Shown here: positions 45,715 to 54,996 of the stretch, piece by piece
Position numbering within the stretch: the stretch's first letter is position 1
How the letters are laid out: every line of letters starts with the position of its first letter
Source: an uncultured Planctomycetia bacterium
Lineage (GTDB): Bacteria; Omnitrophota; Gorgyraeia; 2-02-FULL-51-18
Length of the DNA stretch: 64,000 nucleotides
Direction of reading: 5' to 3'
Assembly (NCBI GenBank): GCA_964373505.1
Contig: CAYJVC010000002.1
Span: 12,352-76,351 of the forward strand
The notes under the pieces: generated by a model
What the model was told of the DNA's origin: nothing
Databases searched by the model: none
What the model saw: the letters and a program-made list of their open reading frames with translations, nothing else
Made by a program: the position numbers and the translations under genes

Positions 45715-46329
45715 TCAGATCAGCTCTCTTCGGGATACTACCTTGAGTCGCTTGTCAAACTGGTAGAGGATGGGGATGCCCGTGCCGATATTCAGCTCGA
45801 GCACCTCTTTTTTGGTGAGCTTGTCCAGATGCATGACGATCGAGCGAAGGCTATTGCCATGCGCGGCCACGATCACATGAAGCCCCTTTTTCAGATCGGC
45901 GGCTATTTTGGATTTGAAATAAGGCAAGCTCCTGGCGGCAGTATCCTTCAGGCTTTCGCCGTTCGGGGGCGCGATGTCGTAGGAGCGGCGCCAGATCTTC
46001 ACCTGCTCATCGCCGAATTTTTTGGCGGTTTCGGCCTTATTCAAACCCTGGAGATCCCCGTAGTGCCTCTCATTGAGCGCCTCATCTTTTTCAACGGGAA
46101 TACCTTCCTGTTCAAGCACTTCAAGCATCAAGTCGAGCGTCTTCTGCGCCCGCTGGAGGGCCGAGGTGTAGGCCTTGTCAAAGCGGATGTTCTCTTGCTT
46201 TAATTTCTCCCCCGCCTTCCTGGCTTCGCGGATGCCCTTTTCGGACAAGGGGACATCCACCCACCCGGTGAAACGGTTCTCAAGATTCCACTGGGACTCG
46301 CCGTGACGCACGAGAACTAATGTGGACAT
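45715..46329 (-). CDS. gpmA: 2,3-bisphosphoglycerate-dependent phosphoglycerate mutase
   Basis: 204 aa with the histidine phosphatase signature LVRHGESQWNLENRFTGW and C-terminal AAHGNSLR. Confidence 0.9.
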   Translation of the reverse strand: MSTLVLVRHGESQWNLENRFTGWVDVPLSEKGIREARKAGEKLKQENIRFDKAYTSALQRAQKTLDLMLEVLEQEGIPVEKDEALNERHYGDLQGLNKAETAKKFGDEQVKIWRRSYDIAPPNGESLKDTAARSLPYFKSKIAADLKKGLHVIVAAHGNSLRSIVMHLDKLTKKEVLELNIGTGIPILYQFDKRLKVVSRRELI

Positions 46330-46381
46330 TCTCTATCTCCTGTCATTGCTAGGAGCGAAGCGAGGAAGCAATCTCTACAAT

Positions 46382-46462
46382 GAGATCCCTCGCTTCACTC
46401 GGGATGAAATTCGCGCAGTGACTTACGCTTCCTTCGGGCGCGTAAGCCACGCGCTTATTTCA
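46382..46462 (-). repeat. Intergenic repeat family A, copy 3
   Basis: GAGATCCCTCgcttcactcGGGATGAAATTCGCgcagtgACTTACGCttccttcgggcGCGTAAGccacgcGCTTATTTCA; the 3' end abuts the stop of the APC-Usp gene. Confidence 0.6.
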
Positions 46463-48190
46463 GTTGCAGATTACCAAATGTTTTTCCTGCGGCAATTGAG
46501 CTGAGATCGTCTTGAGCACCTCGCCCCTCAAGAGCCTTTCCAAAGCGCCGCGCCGCGTCGAACCGATCATTACGGTGTCAAGCTCCAGGTCTTTCACGGT
46601 CTTCACGATGAGCGCACCGGCGTCGTCGCCCAGGTTCCATAGCGGCATCGCGGTCACGCCTCTTTTTTCAAATTCCTGGACCGCTTCGTTCAAGACCTTC
46701 ACGGACTCCCTCGAAGGCTCGACCTCGGTCGGATAAGCCCATCCCGGCGGTTTTTCCTCCACGAAAAGCGCATACACGACCTTCTCGCCCTTGCCTTTCA
46801 CGTGAACGGAGGCTTCGTCCACAAGCGACGGGCTGACCGCCTTGATCGCCACGAGCGTCGAGCCCCGGTAAAGCGGGATGAGGTCCTTGGCTTCTTCAAG
46901 CGTCAGAACGTTGATCCCCAAAACTTCCGGCACCGCCGGCATTCTCTTATAGGCCCACTGGGCCGCGGCGCGGGTCAAAAGGCCGACGGTCAAAACGGTG
47001 AGCGCGAAGGCCACCGCGTTGTGCTTTTGATAAATGATCGTGAGCTCCACGAAGATCATGAAAACGCCCGCCAATCCCAGGAAGCTTCTTTCGGGTTTCG
47101 TAATATGAACGTGGGGATCGGTTGAGCAGGCTAAAAGATTAAGCATGATGGCGCCCACCACCCCGATCGCATAGAGCGCTGCCAGGTGAACGACGTCGTG
47201 CTCAAAACAAAGCACGAGGATCGGGGCGCCCGCCGCGACGAAAAGTGCCAACCACGGCATGCCATAACGGTTCAAATTGCTGAAAACCGGCGGGATCTCC
47301 TTGTCCTTCGACATCAGGAATAGGATGCTCACAAGGCCCAGGATCGCCGTATTGCAGGCCGATAAAAGAAGCAGTCCTATCACGATCGCGATGATATTTC
47401 CGAACCACGGCCCGATGAAGTGATTGCCGATGTGCCGGATCATGTCCTCGGTGTGGCCCTCAAGGCCCGGGATCGCGTTCATCGCGACGCCTAAAATAAG
47501 AGAGACCGCTGTCACTTCGATCATCACCGGCAGGATCGCTTTTTTGGCTGTTTTTTTGACCGGCTCTACCATGATGCCGGTGGCGTTCGCGATCGCCTCC
47601 ACGCCCGACAGCGCCAGCACGATCCCCACGAACCTTGTCCAATTGGAAAAGAACGGACCCTGCGGGATGCTTATTTCAGCAACCCGTATATGAGGAAAGA
47701 CGACCACGCACAATACCAGGAGAAAAAATACCGCCAAAACGGTAATGATCGACGCGATGTCGCCGCTCTTGGTGGGTCCTAGGATATTGATGACCCCGAT
47801 GAGCGCCAGCGCGCCGATCGCCCAGACTTGAGGATGGGAAACCCCGAAATAGTGGAACGCCGCCAGACTGCTTATGGATGCGGTCACGACGTAATCGGCG
47901 ATCAAAAGAAGCGCGCCGATAAAAGCCAAGGACTTCGAACGCGTCCGGACTGCCGAATAAACACCGCCGCCGTCCGGATAGGCCTTGCAGATGATGATAT
48001 AACAGCAGCCTATGACGGTCGTGAGAATGCTCATCGCGAAGAGAAAGAACAGCGACGCATGGCCCGCGATCGCGAACGCGATCCCGAGCACATAGGCTTT
48101 GGAAGTGCCCCAGTCGCCGTAGAGCATGGCGCTGGCCTGGTGCCACTTGAGCTCGCGGGGCCTTTCAACCTTTTTAAGTAAAACAGCCAT
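46460..48190 (-). CDS. APC-family amino acid permease fused to a C-terminal universal stress protein (UspA) domain
   Basis: 576 aa; about 430 aa polytopic APC permease followed by a UspA-like alpha/beta domain (VMIGSTRRGALERLLRGEV). Confidence 0.8.
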   Translation of the reverse strand: MAVLLKKVERPRELKWHQASAMLYGDWGTSKAYVLGIAFAIAGHASLFFLFAMSILTTVIGCCYIIICKAYPDGGGVYSAVRTRSKSLAFIGALLLIADYVVTASISSLAAFHYFGVSHPQVWAIGALALIGVINILGPTKSGDIASIITVLAVFFLLVLCVVVFPHIRVAEISIPQGPFFSNWTRFVGIVLALSGVEAIANATGIMVEPVKKTAKKAILPVMIEVTAVSLILGVAMNAIPGLEGHTEDMIRHIGNHFIGPWFGNIIAIVIGLLLLSACNTAILGLVSILFLMSKDKEIPPVFSNLNRYGMPWLALFVAAGAPILVLCFEHDVVHLAALYAIGVVGAIMLNLLACSTDPHVHITKPERSFLGLAGVFMIFVELTIIYQKHNAVAFALTVLTVGLLTRAAAQWAYKRMPAVPEVLGINVLTLEEAKDLIPLYRGSTLVAIKAVSPSLVDEASVHVKGKGEKVVYALFVEEKPPGWAYPTEVEPSRESVKVLNEAVQEFEKRGVTAMPLWNLGDDAGALIVKTVKDLELDTVMIGSTRRGALERLLRGEVLKTISAQLPQEKHLVICN

Positions 48191-48300
48191 ATCAATCCTA
48201 AAAATAATTTGGATTACACAGATTAAAAAAATGATTACACTGATTAAAATCGACTTCTTTTGTCTGCGTAATCATTTCAGAATCTGCGCAATCATTCTTT

Positions 48301-48334
48301 AATAAAAAGGGAGCCTATCAAACGATAGACTCCC
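48301..48334 (-). terminator. Strong intrinsic terminator downstream of the BI-1 family gene
   Basis: Minus transcript GGGAGUCUAUC-GUUU-GAUAGGCUCCC (11 bp stem with one G-U) followed by UUUUUAUU, 55 nt after the stop. Confidence 0.7.
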
Positions 48335-48389
48335 TTAGGGAGATGATTGAATTACGTTGGATTATAGCACTTCCGGCCTAAACTAAAAG

Positions 48390-49088
48390 CTAATTTTTCT
48401 GCCTGCCGAACACCCTGAGAAGCAGAATGAAAAGATTGATGAAATCAAGGTACAGCGCCAAAGCGCCCATGATCGCCAGTTTCCTGCCCATCGTCTCGTC
48501 TTGAATGCCCATCGCGTGCATTCCCTTGAGTTTCTGGGTGTCGTAGGCGATCAAGCCCAAAAACACGGCGATCCCCACGAACGTTACGATCCACATGAGC
48601 GCGGTGCTTTTGAGGAAAATATTCACGAGGCTGGCAAGGATGACTCCGATGAGCCCCATCACCGCGAGACTTCCCACCGAAGTCAGGTCTCTCTTTGTTG
48701 TGATGCCGTAAACGCTGAAGAAGAGGAACGTGCCTGCAGTGACCGCGAACGTCGTCATGATGGAAGCGCCCGTATAGACGAGGAAAATAGGCGTCAGCGT
48801 CAGCCCGTTCAAGAACGAGTACACGCAGAACATAACGGCTGCCGCAAAAGCGCTCAGGCGCATCAGCGCGGCCGACAGCCCTATCACGAGCGCCAGCTCC
48901 GCAATAATGAGCCCAAAAAACAGCACTTTATTGGTCACCACCGCCTTTAAAAGCTCCGGCTGCGACAAAAGCCAGAATGAAGCGGCGGCCGAAAGAAAAA
49001 GCCCGCCCGCCATTCGAAGGTACACTTTGGATATAAAACTGGATTCTGAAACCCGGCTCTCGGAGCCCGTAAGAATTCTCTGACTCAT
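48390..49088 (-). CDS. Bax inhibitor-1 / YccA family membrane protein
   Basis: 232 aa, 7 TM, with the BI-1 family C-terminal region AYDTQKL...LYLDFINLF. Confidence 0.8.
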   Translation of the reverse strand: MSQRILTGSESRVSESSFISKVYLRMAGGLFLSAAASFWLLSQPELLKAVVTNKVLFFGLIIAELALVIGLSAALMRLSAFAAAVMFCVYSFLNGLTLTPIFLVYTGASIMTTFAVTAGTFLFFSVYGITTKRDLTSVGSLAVMGLIGVILASLVNIFLKSTALMWIVTFVGIAVFLGLIAYDTQKLKGMHAMGIQDETMGRKLAIMGALALYLDFINLFILLLRVFGRQKN

Positions 49089-49124
49089 TTTTCAAACCTC
49101 CCCAACACCATGAATTTAATCCTT

Positions 49125-50216
49125 TTAGGCGTTATTTTCAATAGGAATCTTGATCCGGGTGCCGCTCTTGGGCCGGTCAGGGTTCGAGATCACGCTCTTG
49201 TTGAATTCATAGAGCCGCTTCCACTGCCGGCCGTCGCCGTATTCCTTTTTGGCGATGCTCCAGAGTGTGTCGCCTTTCTGGACCACATAGTCCCTCGTAT
49301 CGACGCGGATCTCGCCTTCGAGCACTTTCTTCTCCTCGATCACCTTGTCTTCGTACAGGTGCGCCTGCGAGGCCGGGATCATCACTTCCTCAACCTCGGC
49401 GATCATGAACTGCGCGTTCCGATCCCTCTGCATCCCCTCGAGGTCGTTCGTAGGCGCCATCGCATCGAGTTTCCCCCGGCTTAAGATCCTGATCCGGTCC
49501 CCGGAAAGACCTTTATCCTGTAGGAACCGCCGGACCGTCGTGGCGCGCCGCTCGCCCAGTTTTTCATTGTACTGCTCGGAACCGCGCACATCCGCGTTCC
49601 CCGTAATGAGAATATCAGCCTTGGGATTATGCTCGAGCGTATCCAGTGCCCTGTCCAATGCGCTGACCGCGTCGTCCCGCAGGTTCGATTGATCATAATC
49701 GAAATACACTTTAACGTTTTTGATCACGCGTTTGATGATCAAGGACGGCTTGGCGCCCTCGCCGGCCTCAGACTTGTAATCGAAAATGATCTTACGGACG
49801 TAAATGTACCCCTGGTTCCCCCACGGCCGCTGTTGGCCCGGCTGGTCCGGCCACCACCAGTAGCCGCTGCGGTCCGGATCCTTGAAGGGTGCGGGTTTGG
49901 AATCGGTCGGCCACCACACAAACTTGTGGGCGAGCTTCGCGTCCTGTTCGCTCTGTACCTTGGGAAAATCAATGCCCGAAGCGTTCCGGTTCGCAACCGG
50001 GGCGGAAACGTTCTGCGGCGCGGCGGCCGGCAGAGGAACCGTTTCCACGGCCGCAAACTGCTTCTGCACGTTGGAAGACGATGCCTGCGTAGGGGCGGCC
50101 GGCGCGTTCCGCGTCTCGGCAAGCCCTTCATCCGCATGAGTCATTGGGCACGCGGCAAGCGCAGTTAAAAGAAAGGTTGCCAGAGTAAGACGGGTCGAGT
50201 GCGGGGATTTTTTCAT
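49125..50216 (-). CDS. OmpA-family lipoprotein with C-terminal LysM domain
   Basis: 363 aa; lipobox LTALAAC; OmpA_C peptidoglycan-binding motif (NADVRGSEQYNEKLGERRA); terminal LysM (YVVQKGDTLWSIAKKEYG). Confidence 0.75.
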   Translation of the reverse strand: MKKSPHSTRLTLATFLLTALAACPMTHADEGLAETRNAPAAPTQASSSNVQKQFAAVETVPLPAAAPQNVSAPVANRNASGIDFPKVQSEQDAKLAHKFVWWPTDSKPAPFKDPDRSGYWWWPDQPGQQRPWGNQGYIYVRKIIFDYKSEAGEGAKPSLIIKRVIKNVKVYFDYDQSNLRDDAVSALDRALDTLEHNPKADILITGNADVRGSEQYNEKLGERRATTVRRFLQDKGLSGDRIRILSRGKLDAMAPTNDLEGMQRDRNAQFMIAEVEEVMIPASQAHLYEDKVIEEKKVLEGEIRVDTRDYVVQKGDTLWSIAKKEYGDGRQWKRLYEFNKSVISNPDRPKSGTRIKIPIENNA

Positions 50217-50351
50217 GATATTTTCCTCAAATAAAATTTTGATTTGAGCTGCTTAAAAACACCTTTCATAGGATACTAGACGAACCCGAAAGCGTCAACT
50301 CGAAACGAAAATTGCGCTACTACAAAAATGATCATTTTTAAGCTTTTCTTA

Positions 50352-51383
50352 TCATCCGCGGGGGGCAGAATTCAAAACGTCGATCAGTTGGCGCAAACGG
50401 CTGTAGTGGGTGCGGTTAAAATAAAAAACAATGCGTTCGAGCCGCGCGTCTTGAATATCATCCTGGGCGGCGTCGTTCAATCTTTCGAAACCGCCGCGCG
50501 TGACAAGGTCCTTAAACTCACGGTTCAGGCGGTGCAGAACTCCCTCCGGCAGAGGATTATTCAACCGCACCAAATATTGGTCCCTTAAAAAACGTGAGGA
50601 GTGGTAATTGCCGTAAAATCCCGTGATCTCCTCGACGGCTTTGTTTTCGTCCTGAAAATGGCGCATGAGGCTGAGATCACCCGGCGAAATAAGGCCGTCA
50701 CGCTCCATATTTTGCTTGAAGAGTTTCAGCGTGGACCGCCAGAAAGCGCTGCCCGGCGGGTCCATCAAAACGATCGGGCGGGGCTTGGCCTTGCCCGTCT
50801 GGACCAGCGTGAACGACTCGAAGCCCTCATCGAACGTTCCGAATCCGCCCGGGAAAAGCACGGTCGCGGCGGACTCTTTCAAAAACATCAGTTTGCGCGT
50901 AAAAAAATATTTGAAATAAATAAGTTTCCGGTTGCCCTTGATGACAGGGTTCGCATCCTGCTCGAACGGGAGAAGGATATTAAGGCCAAAACTCGACGCG
51001 GCGCCGGCGCCGATCATCGCCGCCTCCATGATACCGCTGGCGCCGCCCGTGATGATCATCCAGCCTTTTTTCGCGAGTCTTTGGCCGAATCGTTCCGCAA
51101 ATTTGTAACTGGCGTGGTCAACCGGGGTCCGCGCCGAACCAAACACGGCGGCCTTCGGGACATCGCGATAGGGTTTGAATACTTTGAGCGCGTAACGAAG
51201 CTCCTTGAATGCCGTGTTGAGGAGCCGAATTTCGACCATGTCGAGCTTTTCATCGCGAAGCTGCGCGACGTTGAACAGCATGTCCTGGTAGAGCTCTTCG
51301 AACGTGCCTTCCGGAAATCGGCCTTCCAGGATTTCGGACAGATCCTTGCGAAAGCGCGTGGTGTCTTTGTTATAATTACGCAC
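50352..51383 (-). CDS. LOG-family protein, PpnN/YgdH-like nucleotide 5'-monophosphate nucleosidase
   Basis: LOG Rossmann core (AAVFGSAR...ITGGASGIMEA...PGGFGTFDE). The ORF-track ORF runs to 51590 but its first 60 codons overlap the upstream gene and look non-coding; a GTG at 51383 or a later ATG is more plausible. Confidence 0.65.
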   Translation of the reverse strand: MRNYNKDTTRFRKDLSEILEGRFPEGTFEELYQDMLFNVAQLRDEKLDMVEIRLLNTAFKELRYALKVFKPYRDVPKAAVFGSARTPVDHASYKFAERFGQRLAKKGWMIITGGASGIMEAAMIGAGAASSFGLNILLPFEQDANPVIKGNRKLIYFKYFFTRKLMFLKESAATVLFPGGFGTFDEGFESFTLVQTGKAKPRPIVLMDPPGSAFWRSTLKLFKQNMERDGLISPGDLSLMRHFQDENKAVEEITGFYGNYHSSRFLRDQYLVRLNNPLPEGVLHRLNREFKDLVTRGGFERLNDAAQDDIQDARLERIVFYFNRTHYSRLRQLIDVLNSAPRG

Positions 51384-51403
51384 GGCGGTCCGCGGGAAGG
51401 GTC

Positions 51404-52426
51404 TTACTGCCCGAGCACGTAGGCAAAGACAAGCGGCGCCACGATCGAGGCGTCGGATTCGATCACGAATCGCGGCGTGTCCGCCTCGAGCTTGCCCCAG
51501 GTGATTTTTTCGTTCGGCACCGCCCCGCTGTACGAGCCGTAGGAAGTCGTGCTGTCGGAGATCTGGCAGAAATAACCCCAGAGCTTGCATTTTTCCCTCA
51601 GGTCCTGGAGGATGAGCGGCACGACACAGATCGGAAAATCACCCGCAATGCCGCCGGCGATCTGGAAGAATCCGATCGATTCGTCTTTTGAATTCTCTTT
51701 GTACCAGGCGATCAGCACTGCCATCTGCTCCACACCGGATTTCACCACCTGAAAATTGGACACGTCCTTCCGGATCACGTTCGCGACAAAAATATTCCCG
51801 AGCGTCGAGTCCTCCCAGCCGGGCGTAAAGATCGGGATCTTTTTCTTCCAGGCCGCCGCCACCCACGAATCTTTGGGGTCGATCTCAAAATACGGGTCGA
51901 TCCAGCCTGTCTCCAAAAGCTGGTAAATGTATTCGTAAGGAAAAAACCGTTTGCCCTCCTTGTCCGCCTTCTGCCAGAGCTTCAAGACCTGCCGTTCGAT
52001 GCGGCGCATCGCCTCTTCCTCCGGAATGCAGGTATCCGTCACGCGGTTCAGGCCGGTGTCGCGAAGCTCAAGTTCCTCTTTATCGGTGAGATTGCGGTAA
52101 CCGGGCACGCGCTTGTAGTGCGTGTGCGCGACCAGATTGAAAATATCTTCTTCGAGATTTGCGCCCGTGCAGCAGATGCCGTGCACCTTGTCCTGCCGGA
52201 TCATTTCCGCCAGGGACAGGCCCAGCTCCGCGGTGCTCATCGCGCCCGCGACCGTCATGAACATCTTGCCGCCTTTATTCAGGTGCTTCACATACGCTTC
52301 TGCGGCGTCGACGACCACGGCCGCATTGAAATGACGAAAATGGCGCTGGATGAATTGCTTGACGGACGCGCTCTTTCTCATGTCTTCAGCGACTCTGGGC
52401 TTGGCTGGGTTTGTCTGCGTCGGCAT
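51404..52426 (-). CDS. Deoxyhypusine synthase-like protein (DHS / homospermidine synthase family)
   Basis: 340 aa alignable to DHS across the NAD/spermidine site (FTPGWEDSTLGNIF resembles SPALTDGSLGDMIF) and the C-terminus (ASIVAPLVFAYV resembles ASLVFPLLVAETFA). Confidence 0.75.
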   Translation of the reverse strand: MPTQTNPAKPRVAEDMRKSASVKQFIQRHFRHFNAAVVVDAAEAYVKHLNKGGKMFMTVAGAMSTAELGLSLAEMIRQDKVHGICCTGANLEEDIFNLVAHTHYKRVPGYRNLTDKEELELRDTGLNRVTDTCIPEEEAMRRIERQVLKLWQKADKEGKRFFPYEYIYQLLETGWIDPYFEIDPKDSWVAAAWKKKIPIFTPGWEDSTLGNIFVANVIRKDVSNFQVVKSGVEQMAVLIAWYKENSKDESIGFFQIAGGIAGDFPICVVPLILQDLREKCKLWGYFCQISDSTTSYGSYSGAVPNEKITWGKLEADTPRFVIESDASIVAPLVFAYVLGQ

Positions 52427-52486
52427 TTTCTCTCCTCGTACGTCATTCTGAGGCCCGTCTTAGATGGGCCGAAGAATCTCAAATCC

Positions 52487-52614
52487 GAGATCCCTCGCTT
52501 ACGCTCTGGATGTCCGCCACTAATACTCCGGCGGATCCGCCAATGTTTTGATGGCGGAAAATTCGCAATACAACTTACGCTTCTTGTAGTCGCGTAAGTT
52601 GTTTGCTTATTTCA
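52487..52614 (-). repeat. Intergenic repeat family A, copy 2 (with 55 nt insertion)
   Basis: GAGATCCCTCgcttacgc...[insertion carrying two TCCGCC-loop-GGCGGA hairpins]...AAATTCGCaatacaACTTACGCttcttgtagtcGCGTAAGTtgtttGCTTATTTCA; between the aconitase stop and the DHS-like start. Confidence 0.6.
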
Positions 52615-52660
52615 TTTATAACACTAATTCCACGGCTGTCAACGTCATTCCCGCGAAAGT

Positions 52661-54925
52661 TCAGTTTCCGTTCATCCAGTTGAGCGCGCTTCCGGCCTTG
52701 AACCATTCGACCTGTTCCGGAGTGAATGAGTGGGACAATGGGGCGGTTTCCATCTGTCCATCCGCATGCGTGATCAGCATCGTCAATGGCCGGCCCGTCT
52801 CCAAGTCCTTCAGCCCCTTGATCGAGATCCGGTCGTTTTCGCGAACCTTCTCGTAGTCCGCGGCGTTCATGAACTGAAGAGGGACAATGCCCTGCTTTTT
52901 AAGGTTGGTCTCATGGATGCGGGCGAAACTTTTCGCGATCACGGCCCGGCAACCGAGAAGCCGCGGAGACATCGCCGCATGCTCACGGCTCGAGCCTTCG
53001 CCGTAATTTTCATCGCCGATCACGAGCCAACCCAACCCCTTCTCCTTATAACCACGCGCCACGCCGGCCGCTAACTCCACTTTTCCACCCTCGAGCCAGT
53101 TCTTGACCATCCCCGGTTTGTCGGTGAACGCGTTGTCGGCTCCAAGAAACAGGTTGTCGGAGATCTTATCCAGGTGGCCGCGGTATCTGAGCCAGGGGCC
53201 CGCCGGTGAAATGTGATCCGTGGTGCACTTGCCCCTGGCCTTTAAAAGCACGTGACAATGCTCGAAATCCCTGCCGTCCCATTTCAAAAAGGGTTCCAGT
53301 TTTTGAAGGCGGTCACTGTCGGCCCGGATCACCACGGTTACTTTTTTTCTCTCATTTTCGGGCAACGGCGCCACAAAACCCGCTTCGCCGGCGGCATAGC
53401 CGTGCAGCGGAAGCTCCGGCGCCGAAGGAGGGGAGAGTTTAAGAAAGCGGCCGTCGTCGGTAGGGAGAAGATCCGTCAGGGGGTTGAAATCGAGGCGCCC
53501 GGCAAGCGCAAAGGCGGTGACGATCTCGGGAGACGCCATGAAAGCCAGCGTCTCCGTGTTGCCGTCGTTCCGAGCCGGAAAATTACGGTTAAAAGAAGTG
53601 ATAATAGAATTTCTCTCGCCCTTTTGAATATCATCGCGCCTCCACTGACCGATACAGGGCCCGCAGGCGTTGGCGAGAACCGTCCCGCCAATCTCCTCAA
53701 GGGCTTCAAGTTGTCCGTCGCGCCTGATCGTATTTTGGATCTGGTCAGAACCCGGCGTGATCAAAAAATAACATTTGGCTTTCAGGCCCGCTTGCCTGGA
53801 CTGGGCGGCGACATGCGCGGCGCGGCCGATGTCCTCATAAGAAGAATTGGTGCAGCTTCCGATCAATGCGGCTTTAAGTTCCGGCGGGTATCCTTTCTCT
53901 TTTACGTCCTTCGCCAGCTGGGAAACGGGCCTTGCCAGGTCCGGCGTGTGCGGGCCCACCACATAGGGTTCGAGCGTCGAAAGGTCTATCTCGATGACTT
54001 CGTTATAATATTTCCTCGGTTCATCTTCAACTTCAGGATCTGCCACGAGAAACTCATGATACTGCCCGGCAAGCTGGGCGATCGCTTCTCTCTTGGTGAT
54101 CTTTAAATACGAGACCATCCGCTCATCGAAAGGAAAAACAGAAGTGGTGGCGCCAAGTTCCGCGCCCATGTTGGTGATCGTGCCTTTGCCGGTACAGCTT
54201 ATCGATCGTACGCCGGGCCCAAAATACTCCACGATCTTATCCGTGCCGCCGTCGACCGTCAGGATGCCGCAAAGTTTCAGGATCACGTCCTTCGCGGAGG
54301 CCCATCCATTCAAACTTCCTTTCAAATGCACGCCGACGAGCTTCGGGCATTTCACTTCCCAAGACAGTCCCGCCATCACATCCGCGGCATCCGCGCCTCC
54401 GACGCCGATCGCGAGCATCCCGAGCCCTCCGGCGTTGGGCGTGTGTGAATCGGTGCCGATCATGAGCCCGCCCGGAAATGCGGCATTTTCCAAAACTACT
54501 TGATGAATGATGCCCGCGCCGGGCTTCCAGAAACCGATCCCATAACGCTGCGCGGCGGTCTCTAAAAAGTCATAAACTTCTTTATTGGCGTCAAGCGCTG
54601 TCCTCGTATCCTGGGCGGCGCCTACGCGCGCGAGTATCAAGTGATCGCAATGGATCGTGGTGGGCACGGCCACCGAACCGCGGTTGGCCATCATGAACTG
54701 CAAAAGCGCCATCTGAGCGGTCGCGTCCTGCATTGCGACGCGGTCCGGACGAAGCGACAGGTAGCTCTCGCCTCGAACGAACGGCTGAGCCTTTAGATCG
54801 GTGACGTGCGTCGCGAAGATCTTTTCGGTGAGCGTGAGCGGCCGGCCGAGCTTCTTTCTAAGCGCCGTAACCTTCTCGGGAAATGAAGCGTAAAGTTTTT
54901 GAACAATTTCGTCTTGTGGGCTCAT
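52661..54925 (-). CDS. Aconitate hydratase (mitochondrial-type, about 750 aa)
   Basis: 754 aa with aconitase Fe-S ligand regions (IHCDHLI, GTDSHTPNAGGLG, CTNSSYEDI, NACGPCIGQW) and C-terminal swivel domain. Confidence 0.85.
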   Translation of the reverse strand: MSPQDEIVQKLYASFPEKVTALRKKLGRPLTLTEKIFATHVTDLKAQPFVRGESYLSLRPDRVAMQDATAQMALLQFMMANRGSVAVPTTIHCDHLILARVGAAQDTRTALDANKEVYDFLETAAQRYGIGFWKPGAGIIHQVVLENAAFPGGLMIGTDSHTPNAGGLGMLAIGVGGADAADVMAGLSWEVKCPKLVGVHLKGSLNGWASAKDVILKLCGILTVDGGTDKIVEYFGPGVRSISCTGKGTITNMGAELGATTSVFPFDERMVSYLKITKREAIAQLAGQYHEFLVADPEVEDEPRKYYNEVIEIDLSTLEPYVVGPHTPDLARPVSQLAKDVKEKGYPPELKAALIGSCTNSSYEDIGRAAHVAAQSRQAGLKAKCYFLITPGSDQIQNTIRRDGQLEALEEIGGTVLANACGPCIGQWRRDDIQKGERNSIITSFNRNFPARNDGNTETLAFMASPEIVTAFALAGRLDFNPLTDLLPTDDGRFLKLSPPSAPELPLHGYAAGEAGFVAPLPENERKKVTVVIRADSDRLQKLEPFLKWDGRDFEHCHVLLKARGKCTTDHISPAGPWLRYRGHLDKISDNLFLGADNAFTDKPGMVKNWLEGGKVELAAGVARGYKEKGLGWLVIGDENYGEGSSREHAAMSPRLLGCRAVIAKSFARIHETNLKKQGIVPLQFMNAADYEKVRENDRISIKGLKDLETGRPLTMLITHADGQMETAPLSHSFTPEQVEWFKAGSALNWMNGN

Positions 54926-54996
54926 GAAAAATAATTATATAGGAAAGGGGCGAAAAAACGAAGTGAATACAGCTTGGCGACGGGCTCTGGGTCTGC

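Noticed and set aside
51384-51590. N-terminal 69 residues of the LOG/PpnN-like ORF
   Set aside because: Overlaps the upstream DHS-like gene in another frame for its first 62 codons, is Arg/Gly/Ala-rich junk-like sequence, and the conserved LOG protein begins later; treated as non-coding upstream extension.
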